DNA from: Chlamydiales bacterium
Lineage (GTDB): Bacteria; Chlamydiota; Chlamydiia; Chlamydiales; JAAZZY01
NCBI GenBank assembly: GCA_965206695.1
Contig: CBDBKM010000010.1
Location: 256,001-320,000, forward strand
Direction of reading: 5' to 3'
Length of the DNA stretch: 64,000 nucleotides
Shown here: positions 30,054 through 41,988 of the stretch, piece after piece
Numbering within the stretch: position 1 is the stretch's first letter
How the letters are laid out: each line of letters begins with the position of its first letter
Made by a program: the position numbers and the translations under genes
Notes under the pieces: generated by a model
The model's input: the letters and a program-made list of their open reading frames with translations, nothing else
Databases searched by the model: none
What the model was told of the DNA's origin: nothing

Positions 30054-30962
30054 TTACGTTTTAATAATTAGATGGTCGTCTTCAGAAGCAATCGTTGTTA
30101 TTTTATTTCCATTAAAATCATCAGAGAAATCCTTAAATTGAGAGTTTGGAAGAGGGCTATTTTGCTTGAAAAGATAAGAAGAGGAATCTTCTTCATTTTT
30201 CATTTTTGATTGCTTATTATATGATGGTCTGTACATGGAAGGATTGTGAGATTGTTGACCTTCAGCTTGATCGTCATTTCTTTGGTGAGGGATTTGTTGA
30301 TTATTTTCCGGCGACTGAGATTTACGATAAGGAGTTTGATTTTGCCTAGCATCTGAATCTGATCGATTTTTTAGCGAATCATAGCTTTGATAACGTTCTT
30401 TATTTTGTTCTATTTGATTAGGATAACGGCCCTGATTTTGATTCGATGGTTCATCATGGGGAGAGGTTGGAGTGTATGATGAATTTATATGAGGTCGGTA
30501 TGGGTTACTGTATTTATCATCTTCATTTTGTCGGCTAGAAGATGGTCTTTTATTTTGACTGTGATAAGGATTAGAGTAGTTTGGTTGTTTCGTTCTTGTA
30601 GCAGGGACCGGTTGACCCGATATTTTTTCAGCAGCATCAGCTTTTGATCTATTCATTTCTTGAGTGAAAGAAGAGTGTTGTGAAGATGTTCCGGATTCAT
30701 CCTTATCAGGGTCATATGGTTCAGCCGGTTTATTTAAAGCAGGAATATCAGAATGAATAGTTGTTTCGGTTTCGGATTTTTCGTCACCTTTAGAAGGTTT
30801 AAAGTGATCTTTACCATACCAACTTTCTATTAAAGACCCTTGGTCAGGATCAGGAGGATTGTCTTTAAGCATTTGGTGAGCAGCCCGGCCCGCTTTACTA
30901 TGGCAGGCAGTAACCAAACTGAGAGTTGAAAAGAATAAGATCAAAAGTTTAATGACTTTCAT
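30054..30962 (-). CDS. Low-complexity (N/S/Q/P-rich) lipoprotein
   Basis: Lipobox VTAC; start overlaps the exbD 3' end; hydrophilic, probably disordered body. Confidence 0.75.
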   Translation of the reverse strand: MKVIKLLILFFSTLSLVTACHSKAGRAAHQMLKDNPPDPDQGSLIESWYGKDHFKPSKGDEKSETETTIHSDIPALNKPAEPYDPDKDESGTSSQHSSFTQEMNRSKADAAEKISGQPVPATRTKQPNYSNPYHSQNKRPSSSRQNEDDKYSNPYRPHINSSYTPTSPHDEPSNQNQGRYPNQIEQNKERYQSYDSLKNRSDSDARQNQTPYRKSQSPENNQQIPHQRNDDQAEGQQSHNPSMYRPSYNKQSKMKNEEDSSSYLFKQNSPLPNSQFKDFSDDFNGNKITTIASEDDHLIIKT

Positions 30963-31482
30963 AGCATCTCCGTGAAGTTTGGGCTGTTATCTTTGTTGCT
31001 TGAGGTAACCGGTTTTGTATAAATTGGTCCGGTTCATAAACAGGGCGTACTTCAAATCCGGCTTCTCTGACAGCAAATATTGCTTTAAGAATAGGCTCCC
31101 AAGTTGCATCTTTATCAATTTTAAGTAAGACTTGCGTCATATGTTTATCATTAGGGAGTAATCCCATCTCGTATTGTTTTTTCAACTCTTCATAAATATG
31201 ATTAGCGTTCATTAAAGGATAATCCTTTATTTCTGTCATCCAGTTGTAGTGACCATCCTTTAGAATATTAATAGTGATAAATTGATAATCTAAATCAGCA
31301 CTAACAGAATAGTTATTGGATTCGGATTGCATTTTCACTAATTCAATATCGGTATCTTTTGTAGCGATTCGTGAAATTGCAAGACAAGCAAAAAATGCTA
31401 CCATGAGAAAAAGAAAATCAATCATAGGAGCAAAATTGATTCCGATTTGCGCTTTTAATTCTTCTTCAGGAATAAAGATCAT
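30949..31482 (-). CDS. exbD: ExbD/TolR-family protein
   Basis: INFAPMIDFLFLM TM with conserved Asp; VLLKIDKDATWEPI. Confidence 0.85.
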   Translation of the reverse strand: MIFIPEEELKAQIGINFAPMIDFLFLMVAFFACLAISRIATKDTDIELVKMQSESNNYSVSADLDYQFITINILKDGHYNWMTEIKDYPLMNANHIYEELKKQYEMGLLPNDKHMTQVLLKIDKDATWEPILKAIFAVREAGFEVRPVYEPDQFIQNRLPQATKITAQTSRRCYESH

Positions 31483-31500
31483 TAAACTTAAATTCCTTTT

Positions 31501-32229
31501 TTAGGTGGTCGATAAGGCTGCTTTAGTATGAATAAGTCTTCCTAAAGCAAGAGCTTCATTTTCAATATTATTTAATAGACGAACAATCCGATATTTTAAT
31601 GTAGAATGAAAAATCATGGCTATAATCGCCACAATTAAACCGGCAACAGTGGTTCCAATAGCGATGCCTAGACCATCAAATATAGCTGTAATACTTTCTG
31701 CTGTTCTATTGATATCATAAAAAGCGTAAAACATTCCGGTGACAGTACCTAATAATCCCAACATTGGTGCCACTATTGCAATATCATTTAATAAAGACAG
31801 CCGATGCCATAGTGTCGTTCCAAATCGTTTACCTTCGGCTTGCATAGCGTCCATAGTTATTTGAGGTCCGTGATTGCGTGCATGGATACCACAAGCAATA
31901 ATATTTGCTGTGAAATTACTTTCTTGCCGGCACTTCATTAAGGCGGCTTCAAACCTTCTTTCTAATATCTGTTGCTTAACTTGTTTTAAAAATACTTGTG
32001 GTGCCCTATCACTATCTCTTAAAGTGATGATACTATAGAACCATATGACACATGCAGTTAATGAAAGAGCAAATAATATCGTATAAATAATAGGTGAGGC
32101 TAAAAAAACTTTCTTTAGATCCGGTATAGCCGCAACGGGCTTAATGGTTAGAGACTCTTGGGCAAAAATATTTGCATGAGAAAGAAGAGTAAAAAAAATA
32201 AAAAAGCCACTAAAACTTGTTCTTTTCAT
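31501..32229 (-). CDS. exbB: MotA/TolQ/ExbB proton channel protein
   Basis: APMLGLLGTVTGM and GLGIAIGTTVAGLIVAI. Confidence 0.9.
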   Translation of the reverse strand: MKRTSFSGFFIFFTLLSHANIFAQESLTIKPVAAIPDLKKVFLASPIIYTILFALSLTACVIWFYSIITLRDSDRAPQVFLKQVKQQILERRFEAALMKCRQESNFTANIIACGIHARNHGPQITMDAMQAEGKRFGTTLWHRLSLLNDIAIVAPMLGLLGTVTGMFYAFYDINRTAESITAIFDGLGIAIGTTVAGLIVAIIAMIFHSTLKYRIVRLLNNIENEALALGRLIHTKAALSTT

Positions 32230-32338
32230 CTAAACACTACCTATTATGATAAATACTAAGCTAAAGATAGAAGTCAGATCGGTATAATGCAAGCATAATG
32301 TTATCCCGTACTTGATGCCATGATTTTTCATTTTTAGG

Positions 32339-33526
32339 TTAATAGTGGGTTTCTTTTTTTATTTTTTTCTTTTGCATCTGAGCTGTCCAGATGGCTTGTG
32401 GGTCTCGTATTTTAGCTTGTAAGTCTCTAAGAGCCCGGTTTTGAGAGCGAATTTTTAGAGTTTGTTTTTCAATAAGCTCTGCTTGTTTTTGATCTTGTTC
32501 CTTTAAAGCAGCAATAAGAGATAGCTCAGAATTCTCTTGTGGAATAGCATATCTTAAAATTTTAGGACCTTCTTGTTCACTTAAAGTATTAGATGATGTA
32601 GCATAGACATGCAAAGCTAAGTGGCTTTGTTTCGGTTTAATGATATACCTAACACCAAAGATAGATAAACAGGTTAAGAGGATTAAGCCTAAAACTGCAG
32701 AGTAGTATCGCTTATAGGAGCGTTGAAAAAAGAGGTTTTGTGAAAAAAAACTTTTATTTTGAGCTATAGGGGAAGCGTTTATTGCAGGAATGGGTGTGTT
32801 AACATCTTCACAAGAATAGGAGATCAATCGAACGGTATTAGCAGAGGTACTCATTTGGCTAATGCGCTTGGTCACGCCTGTTTTTTTATTGAAAGGAGAC
32901 CGACTAAAATCTTGAATGTCTTGTTGAGAATGTTTAGAATATAAACCGTAGCAGGCTAAGACATAATTATCTAAAAACTCGGCAGAAAGCTTTTGGATAT
33001 GTACTTTTATTCCTTGCCGGGCCCCTAAAGCATTATTTATTTTTTTAAAACGCTCATCCGGAGTTAATGAAGAACGGTGTGTATCAATAACGGGATCGAG
33101 AAAAACTTCTTTTATCTCTTTTGAACTGATTTGGTAAGCTAAGCAGTCACCAACACCGGCCATAAGGATTTCTCTTTTTAGAGATGAATCTTTTCCATTT
33201 AGATTAGTTATTGGGTTGATCTCAGCTAGAATCAGGCAAGAAACTTTAAAGGACCCTTTAGGTAAATTTAATTGTTTACTAAGAGTGAGATGAGCGATTT
33301 CTAAGGCTTTTTTAGCAACAGATTCATTTATATTTTCTAAATGATTCTGCAAATGTTTTTTTATAATTCTTTCAGCAAAATGCGCTACTTTTTGTCCTAA
33401 ACTAGGATTATTAAGGACTAACCCATCACATAGAACATAAAAAACAGGTGGATTTCGGGTTTCTTGAAAAGACTCCTGAACACCTAATGAAGTTAGCAGA
33501 AAATCAGATATTTTTAAAATGTTCAT
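32339..33526 (-). CDS. PP2C-fold protein with C-terminal TM and coiled coil (degenerate catalytic motifs)
   Basis: VLCDG, GVGDC.AY, NALG, and LACYGL where the canonical motif is LLCSDGL; TM AVLGLILLTCLSIFGV. Confidence 0.6.
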   Translation of the reverse strand: MNILKISDFLLTSLGVQESFQETRNPPVFYVLCDGLVLNNPSLGQKVAHFAERIIKKHLQNHLENINESVAKKALEIAHLTLSKQLNLPKGSFKVSCLILAEINPITNLNGKDSSLKREILMAGVGDCLAYQISSKEIKEVFLDPVIDTHRSSLTPDERFKKINNALGARQGIKVHIQKLSAEFLDNYVLACYGLYSKHSQQDIQDFSRSPFNKKTGVTKRISQMSTSANTVRLISYSCEDVNTPIPAINASPIAQNKSFFSQNLFFQRSYKRYYSAVLGLILLTCLSIFGVRYIIKPKQSHLALHVYATSSNTLSEQEGPKILRYAIPQENSELSLIAALKEQDQKQAELIEKQTLKIRSQNRALRDLQAKIRDPQAIWTAQMQKKKIKKETHY

Positions 33527-33720
33527 ATAATCCCCGTTAATCCAAAATAATTAGAAGGCTAGCAATAAACTTTACTTTGAACGCAGAAAAAAATCAAGGC
33601 TTACAAAACTTATGTGTCTTTATACGCTCTTTTGATTGAATCCATTGAATCTTAATAGAATTTCTTTTTCTGTAAAGTTTTAAATGGCTTTAGAAAATAG
33701 AAATAAAAACGAAGAATTTA

Positions 33721-33958
33721 TACCAATTCCATAAAATAAATTCATGCATATTATTTGATAAATATGTTAAACTTTTTCTCAAAACAAGGAGCTTACAAAT
33801 GGGTAGACGAATAAAGGGATTTGAGTCTTACGACTCTGATAAATTATCTAAAATAGAAGGTAGACCTAGAGAAAGAAGACGATATCTTGCTTTTGCACAT
33901 AATACGAGAAGGTAAAATTATACTATACTAAAGCAAAGAGTTTTCTCGCTTAATGATC
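33721..33958. mobile_element. IS630 type C left-end remnant joined to an IS605 left-end remnant
   Basis: 33721..33925 matches the reverse complement of ~46800..47012; 33926..33958 matches the IS605 left end. Confidence 0.7.
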
Positions 33959-33982
33959 ATAAATAAGGATATCTGTTCACGT

Positions 33983-34708
33983 ATGAAACCTAAAGAACTC
34001 AAACTTCCTTACAAATGGCAGGAGCGGAAAGTCGTTTTTTCTCGACAAGAATGTATTCTGTATGTCCCTGATTACTATGATCATTATGAGGAATATACTT
34101 TTCCCGGATGGGATAGTCCCTTGCTATTTGGGAATATGCAGCCCGTTTATATTGAATATTGTAGCGGTCATGGGCATTGGATTGTAAATAAGGCCAAGGC
34201 AAATAAACATATCAATTGGGTCGCCGTTGAAAAACGTTTCGACCGGGTTCAAAAGATATATTCAAAAAGATGCAATGAAAATCTTGATAATCTGTTTATT
34301 ATTTGTGGAGAAGCAAATCTCATTTCAAAGAGTTATATCCCGAATGCAAGTGTTGAACAGGTTTTTATTAATTTCCCTGACCCTTGGCCTAAGAAAAAAC
34401 ATACTAAAAATCGTTTAATTAATGATGCATTTTTAAATGAGCTGACGCGGATTTTAAAGCATGAGTCTACTTTAAGTATTGTTACTGATGATAGGCCTTA
34501 TGCTGAATATATTCTTGAAATTTTTGACCGTTTCAAAGATTTTAAATCCTGTTACCTCAAGCCTTATTATGTATGTCATTGTCCGGAATACGGGACATCC
34601 TATTTTCAAGAATTATGGAACTCTAAAGAAAAAATTATTCGTTATTTTTCCTTTTATTATGATAAGAAAAGCAGTAAGATAAACTCTTACGATCTTAATA
34701 TGATATAA
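33983..34708 (+). CDS. trmB: tRNA (guanine-N7)-methyltransferase
   Basis: IEYCSGHG, AVEK, INFPDPWPKKKH, VTD. Confidence 0.92.
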   Translation: MKPKELKLPYKWQERKVVFSRQECILYVPDYYDHYEEYTFPGWDSPLLFGNMQPVYIEYCSGHGHWIVNKAKANKHINWVAVEKRFDRVQKIYSKRCNENLDNLFIICGEANLISKSYIPNASVEQVFINFPDPWPKKKHTKNRLINDAFLNELTRILKHESTLSIVTDDRPYAEYILEIFDRFKDFKSCYLKPYYVCHCPEYGTSYFQELWNSKEKIIRYFSFYYDKKSSKINSYDLNMI

Positions 34709-34712
34709 GTAT

Positions 34713-35858
34713 TTGAATATGAGCGCTATTGTAGAAATTAATCCCGGAAATGGTATGATAGAAATTGAGGGAAAGCCTTTTTCTCCTATTATTTATGATC
34801 TTAAAACCGATGAAGAAATCCCTCAAGGTTTTAATGCGGTGAAAGTTTGCCTGCCGGCTAATTTAGAATCCGATTTGAAATGGGACTCTAAATTAGAGCA
34901 AGCTAAGCGATATATAGATCAGGGGTATTACATATTTTGGGAATTGGAAATGGGACTATTTAGTGATCTACCCCTTCCTTTATCAGATACAACCCAGTAT
35001 CGTTCCTTATTGATAGCTCTCGACCATTTTTTTGAAACCTGCTGGAAATCATTTAAATATAAAACGCTGGGTGTTTCCCTTTTTCGTGGTTCAATAGATT
35101 TTAGTAAAAACTTTGTCCGGGATATCGAACAAGTCATTAATGTAAGAGGTTGGATTGAAGACCGATTCTTAAATACGGAAAATTTCAAAAAAAAGACGGA
35201 AATCGATTTAAATGATATTTACAAGTTAGAAATGGAGCAACTTAAAGAAAATGAAAAAGGTTTAAACCTTCTTCGTCTTTATTCAAGAGATGTTGCTCTA
35301 GATTATATCGATCTATTAGTCTCACATTTTCCTGATGAGTTGCAGGCTTTTATTTTTTTAGATGTAAAAGGAGTGAAATCGCCAACACATCTTTTTCAGC
35401 TTTTAGGTAAGGAAAGTATTGAATATGTTAATTTAGCGATTAGAGGTGCAGATTTATATTATCCTTCTTTAGTCTGGGACAGAGGGAAGAGTATTGTGGG
35501 TTATATTGGGGGAAAAAAATGTGATGATTGTCTTCTGGATGCTTTGCCGAAAATTGGAGTGATGATTCCCGAAGAAGAACTATTCGATCCAAATGATTAT
35601 ATGAAATTGGACAAAGCAATTGATTTGTTAAAGCAATATAACATGTTTTTTCGCCCTATTTTAGAGCGTCATCTGACAATGGAATGGGATGGGTTAGACG
35701 AACTGATTGTTTTAAGTCCAAAAGTGAATAAAGAAGCGATGCGTAAACTACAAGGTTTTTGTGCTGCTAACGGTAAGGTTATTCATTTGGAGAATCCATT
35801 ACATTTAGAGTCTGAAGAATCTTTCCAATCTTTTGAAAAACGTCAATTTAATCAATAG
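34713..35858 (+). CDS. Hypothetical protein
   Basis: 381-aa ORF tightly packed between trmB and pgi. Confidence 0.75.
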   Translation: MNMSAIVEINPGNGMIEIEGKPFSPIIYDLKTDEEIPQGFNAVKVCLPANLESDLKWDSKLEQAKRYIDQGYYIFWELEMGLFSDLPLPLSDTTQYRSLLIALDHFFETCWKSFKYKTLGVSLFRGSIDFSKNFVRDIEQVINVRGWIEDRFLNTENFKKKTEIDLNDIYKLEMEQLKENEKGLNLLRLYSRDVALDYIDLLVSHFPDELQAFIFLDVKGVKSPTHLFQLLGKESIEYVNLAIRGADLYYPSLVWDRGKSIVGYIGGKKCDDCLLDALPKIGVMIPEEELFDPNDYMKLDKAIDLLKQYNMFFRPILERHLTMEWDGLDELIVLSPKVNKEAMRKLQGFCAANGKVIHLENPLHLESEESFQSFEKRQFNQ

Positions 35859-35871
35859 TATCAGGAGCTAA

Positions 35872-37515
<1,644 letters not shown>

Positions 37516-37790
37516 TTTGAATTAAGCCATATAAGTACTTTTAAATCAGCTTTTTAAGGCAGAAGTCAAAGGTTTGTGATTCTTAAGGTGACTTAATATT
37601 TCAGAAGATGATGACTCTGCGGATAAAGGCTGTTTTCTTGAAATGGATCCGGTACTCACATAAAACCTTTTTTAATTTTTTAATATAACTCTATTCTAGT
37701 CAATTAAACAAAAAATAAAGTTTATTAAGTTAATTAATTATAGTTGTTAATAGGATTTTATAAATAATTGACAAGAAAAAATATTAATAA

Positions 37791-38900
37791 ATGACTAATT
37801 TTGCACACCCTACATGGATTGAGATTGATCTCAGTCAATTTAAAAAAAATATTGTGAATATAAGGAAATTGATTGGTAATAGGCTATATTGCCTACCCGT
37901 TAAGGCAAATGCCTATGGTCATGGGCTTGTAGAAGTTGCTAAAGCTGCTATAGAAGCAAGAGTAGATTATTTAGGAGTCTCTTGCCTTAAAGAAGGTGCT
38001 TTATTACGAGAGGCCAAGATTGATCTCCCCATATTGGTTATGGGAGCCATTCATGAAGATCAAATCGAAGAGCTGATACGCTATAATCTTGAATTTTCCA
38101 TCAGCTCTAAATACAAAGCAGATTTGGTCGCTAAGCGATGTAAGCTTACTAATAAGAGATGTAGTATCCATATAGAAGTAGACTCAGGGATGCATCGAAC
38201 AGGGGTTCGTTGTTCCGGTGCAATGGAGCTTTATAATTATTTAAAATCCCTCAATTATTTTGAAATCGTTGGAGTATACTCTCATTTTGCAAAAGGAGAT
38301 GATCCGCACGATGCCTTTTCTTCTAAGCAAATACATGATTTTAAAGAGCTTATCAGACAATTTAAACAAGATGAATCCAATATGATCTTTCATTTAGCAA
38401 ATTCCGGTGGGGTTTTGTATTTTTCTGATGCTTATTTTGATATGGTTAGGCCGGGTATCTTAAGTTTTGGTGTTCTGCAAAATCAGATTCACCCCATATT
38501 AGAAGATTTAGCTTCATTTTTTACGCTCAAAGCCAGAATATCTTATTTTAAGGTGATTAGTAAAGGAGGGGGTATTAGCTATGGCCACATTTTCATTACC
38601 GGCAAACAGACTCGAATTGTTACGATTCCGTTAGGTTATGGTGATGGTTTTCGGAGAGCTCTTTCAAATAAAGGATCTGTATTAATTAGAGGAAAACGGT
38701 ATCCTATTGTAGGTAATATTTGTATGGATCAATTTATGGTGGATATCGGGTCTGATGAAGCCTATGTAGGTGATGAAGTGGTCTTAATCGGGAGGCAGGG
38801 GGATAATGAAATAACGGTTCAAGAAGTGGCTACTTTATGTGATACGATTCCTCATGAGATTCTATGTGCTTTTAATGAACGAATCCCTCGCTTTTATTAA
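37791..38900 (+). CDS. alr: Alanine racemase
   Basis: VKANAYGHG, DSGMHRTG, GYGDG, ICMDQ. Confidence 0.96.
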   Translation: MTNFAHPTWIEIDLSQFKKNIVNIRKLIGNRLYCLPVKANAYGHGLVEVAKAAIEARVDYLGVSCLKEGALLREAKIDLPILVMGAIHEDQIEELIRYNLEFSISSKYKADLVAKRCKLTNKRCSIHIEVDSGMHRTGVRCSGAMELYNYLKSLNYFEIVGVYSHFAKGDDPHDAFSSKQIHDFKELIRQFKQDESNMIFHLANSGGVLYFSDAYFDMVRPGILSFGVLQNQIHPILEDLASFFTLKARISYFKVISKGGGISYGHIFITGKQTRIVTIPLGYGDGFRRALSNKGSVLIRGKRYPIVGNICMDQFMVDIGSDEAYVGDEVVLIGRQGDNEITVQEVATLCDTIPHEILCAFNERIPRFY

Positions 38901-38959
38901 TTATCTATTAAAAAATTCGTAAGTGTATTAATTAAAAGATAATACTTCGGAGCTAAAAG

Positions 38960-40594
38960 ATGTTTGTTAAAAAGGTCCCTATTTTAATTGTTGGTGCAGG
39001 TCCTGTCGGATTAATGATGGCACTTGAACTAACTCGAAATAATATTCCTGTTCGAATTATTGATCAAAATCCTGTGCCTACTCAAGAATCAAGAGCATTA
39101 GGCTTACATGCTAAAACATTAGAATTATTTGCTAAAATGGAATTAATTGATGATTTTTTAGACGAAGGGAATAATGTTTTTGGCGCCAGTATGTTTTCCG
39201 GAGAGAAGAAAATATTAGATCTTGATTTCACACATCTTAATTCTCCTTATCCTTTTATCCATATCTTACCACAAAATAGAACCGAGCGAATACTGATTGA
39301 TCATCTTAGTAATTTAGGTGTTGAAGTTGAGAGAAACACCAAGCTCCTCGATTTAAAACAACATAATACAGAAGTGGAAGCCCAAATTTTAAGAGATGAT
39401 AAACAAGAAGAACCGTTCAGTGTGCCTTACTTGATTGCTTGTGACGGGGCTCATAGTAAAGTAAGAAATCTTATCGGAGCCGAATTTGAAGGGCATGTTT
39501 ATGAACAAGCTTTTGTATTAGGAGATGTTAAAATAAAATGGTCTTATTCCGAAGATAGATTAAGAGCTTTCTTTCATAAAAAAGGTCCTTTGTTTTTTTT
39601 TCCTATGGGAAATGATCGTTACCGTATCGTTTGCAACCGGCCATATGCAAAAGATCAAGATAAAGAAGTGACGTTATCATATCTTCAAAAGGTAATTGAT
39701 GAAAGAGATTGTGGTAGTATTCACTTGAGTGATCCAACGTGGATGACTCATTTTAACATCCATCATCGTCAGGTGAAACATTATCGATATAATCGAGTTT
39801 TTTTAGTTGGGGATGCAGCACATATTCATAGCCCGGCAGGAGGACAAGGTTTAAATACAGGTATTCAAGATGCTCAAAATCTAGCTTGGAAGTTAGCCTT
39901 AGTAGAGAGGGGATTGGGAAAAAGCTCTATTTTAGATAGTTATCATGAAGAGCGTTATCCAATAGGAAAACAGGTCTTAAAAGGCACAGATAAATTAACT
40001 AAAACAGCTACTTTAAAATCACCTATGAAACGAAAATTGAGAGATATTATATTTCGGATTTTGGATTGGACTAAGATAGCACAAAGAACAATGGTCCCGG
40101 TTTTGGCAGAAATCAACTATAACTATCGAAAAACATCTCTTGTAAAAGCCAAAGGAATTAATCGGTTGTCGTGGGCTTTAGGAGCCGGGCCTTGCGCAGG
40201 CGATAGAGCTTTAGACAGTTCGTTAATCGATGATAAGAATGGCAAGATAAAGCTCTACGATATCTTAGGAGGCACCCCATTTCATCTGCTTCTTTTCTTA
40301 AGTGGTAAGCTTAAAAGTAAACAGTTAAAAGATTTAATTGAAATTGTTCAGGTAGTCGATGAACGGTTTCCCGATATTATAACGACATCTTTGATTGTTA
40401 GGGGTAAAGAACCTCTTGCTTTCATAGATAAGAATTGTAATCAGTATTTAGATCCGAACAATCAAGTACATGAGATATATGGAGCAGATAGACCTACTTT
40501 ATATCTTATCCGACCCGATAATTATATCGGGTTTATTAATCGCCCCCCCCAAACATCAGATCTTCTTGATTATTTAAAAAAGATTTTACTTTAA
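38960..40594 (+). CDS. FAD-dependent monooxygenase (PheA/TfdB-type aromatic hydroxylase)
   Basis: GAGPVG, ACDGAHS, GDAAHIHSPAGGQGLNTG, LIRPD. Confidence 0.9.
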   Translation: MFVKKVPILIVGAGPVGLMMALELTRNNIPVRIIDQNPVPTQESRALGLHAKTLELFAKMELIDDFLDEGNNVFGASMFSGEKKILDLDFTHLNSPYPFIHILPQNRTERILIDHLSNLGVEVERNTKLLDLKQHNTEVEAQILRDDKQEEPFSVPYLIACDGAHSKVRNLIGAEFEGHVYEQAFVLGDVKIKWSYSEDRLRAFFHKKGPLFFFPMGNDRYRIVCNRPYAKDQDKEVTLSYLQKVIDERDCGSIHLSDPTWMTHFNIHHRQVKHYRYNRVFLVGDAAHIHSPAGGQGLNTGIQDAQNLAWKLALVERGLGKSSILDSYHEERYPIGKQVLKGTDKLTKTATLKSPMKRKLRDIIFRILDWTKIAQRTMVPVLAEINYNYRKTSLVKAKGINRLSWALGAGPCAGDRALDSSLIDDKNGKIKLYDILGGTPFHLLLFLSGKLKSKQLKDLIEIVQVVDERFPDIITTSLIVRGKEPLAFIDKNCNQYLDPNNQVHEIYGADRPTLYLIRPDNYIGFINRPPQTSDLLDYLKKILL

Positions 40595-41896
40595 GTTACT
40601 TGTTGTTGCTCGCTTCGCCTCAATCCATCTAACAATAGTATTGAAATAAGCGTCTCCTACCTCTTTAATCCTTTTAGGAGCAGGTTGCCCCTCTACAAGC
40701 AAGTCATTTGATGAGAGACATAGGCATTCATCATAATTATCTTGGCATAAAGGTTCAGCATAGAGTACCGGGGCATGTACAAGGCGTGTTAGTGTTAAAT
40801 TACGATTATAAACTCCCGGAGCTGACTTCAAACAAAGAGCGGATAAGTATCGGAAATTTTTTTGAAGGGTAGGCACTTGTATATGTCTGTTCAGTTCTTC
40901 TAGAGCAATTGTTGCCAAAGATTGAGAGTCTTCAATATCTGTTGTGATAATTAAACGAATAAACTCATAACGCGATCTTTGATCTTTTAGAGATTCATTG
41001 CGATATGCTTCGTCTTTTAAATGCCCTTTTCGAAAGGCTCCGGGGATAAAAGTTAGACTGTAGTTATCTTCAGTTCCCGGAGTTTTTCCCGTTTTTTGAT
41101 CATAGATACCCCCCAAATTGTAATGAATAGAAATGGCTAAATGAGGTTGAAATGCATTGATGATATCAGCTCTTTTTTTTGTATCCAGGAAGTTATAAGT
41201 CGAGCGAAAAATTTCTGTTAAAGAAGCTGATTGCAGCCACCAGTTTTGTTGCTCTTTTTTTTTGTCAGAATCTTTAATTGAGGAAGTTAAGATTTTCACA
41301 GCATTAGCAAAATCTTGTGAATACCAGGCATCAAAATCTTTTTCGTAAACAGCCTGACCATTACTTTCTCTGGTTAAGATGACTTCAGCTCCTAGTTTTA
41401 TTAATTCATTTCTTAAGAGTTTGGCTGTCGATAAAGCTAAAGTTCCTTCATCAAATTGGATATCTTCACGGTTTTCTATTTGCTTGCAAGCTTGCATATC
41501 AATATATTTTTCTTCTAAACGGGCCATTTTACCTCCAATATGACCGGGATCGATAGCAATGCGAACGCCTTCTAGAGGCTTTTTCTTATTAACGAGGGGA
41601 GGGATTTTTCGTTTAAACTCATAACCCTTACCAAACGTGAGAATGAACTCCGGTATTTGATTTATCTTATCGTCTAATGAGGAAAATAAATATAAAGCGT
41701 GATCATCAATTAAATAGTAGTTTTCTATCTCTTTATCTTTTTTTAAATGGGAGTCAATTTTGTCTCTGACTTCCTTAGAAGAGAATTTGTCTTGCCAAGC
41801 ATCAAAATCACTATATTGAAAAGAGGCGTAAAGAGTTAAAGTTGATGGTATAAGAAACATGAAGAAAAAAAATATTTTTTTGATGTTTAAACACAT
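40586..41896 (-). CDS. N-acetylmuramoyl-L-alanine amidase (Amidase_3), exported
   Basis: Signal peptide; IAIDPGH, E, ISIHYN, LYAE zinc/catalytic motifs. Confidence 0.85.
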   Translation of the reverse strand: MCLNIKKIFFFFMFLIPSTLTLYASFQYSDFDAWQDKFSSKEVRDKIDSHLKKDKEIENYYLIDDHALYLFSSLDDKINQIPEFILTFGKGYEFKRKIPPLVNKKKPLEGVRIAIDPGHIGGKMARLEEKYIDMQACKQIENREDIQFDEGTLALSTAKLLRNELIKLGAEVILTRESNGQAVYEKDFDAWYSQDFANAVKILTSSIKDSDKKKEQQNWWLQSASLTEIFRSTYNFLDTKKRADIINAFQPHLAISIHYNLGGIYDQKTGKTPGTEDNYSLTFIPGAFRKGHLKDEAYRNESLKDQRSRYEFIRLIITTDIEDSQSLATIALEELNRHIQVPTLQKNFRYLSALCLKSAPGVYNRNLTLTRLVHAPVLYAEPLCQDNYDECLCLSSNDLLVEGQPAPKRIKEVGDAYFNTIVRWIEAKRATTSNLK

Positions 41897-41988
41897 GATA
41901 TTAAAAAGGGGTTAATTGAAATTTAGCTGGAAAACAGCAAAATAATATGTTAAAATTACACACTTTATAAAAAAGAACAACAAATTTG

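Noticed and set aside
37546..37659. 37-aa Ser-rich minus-strand ORF (MSTGSISRKQPLSAESSSSE...) resembling a T3SS signal
   Set aside because: Too short, with a GTG start and no independent support; at most a gene stub.
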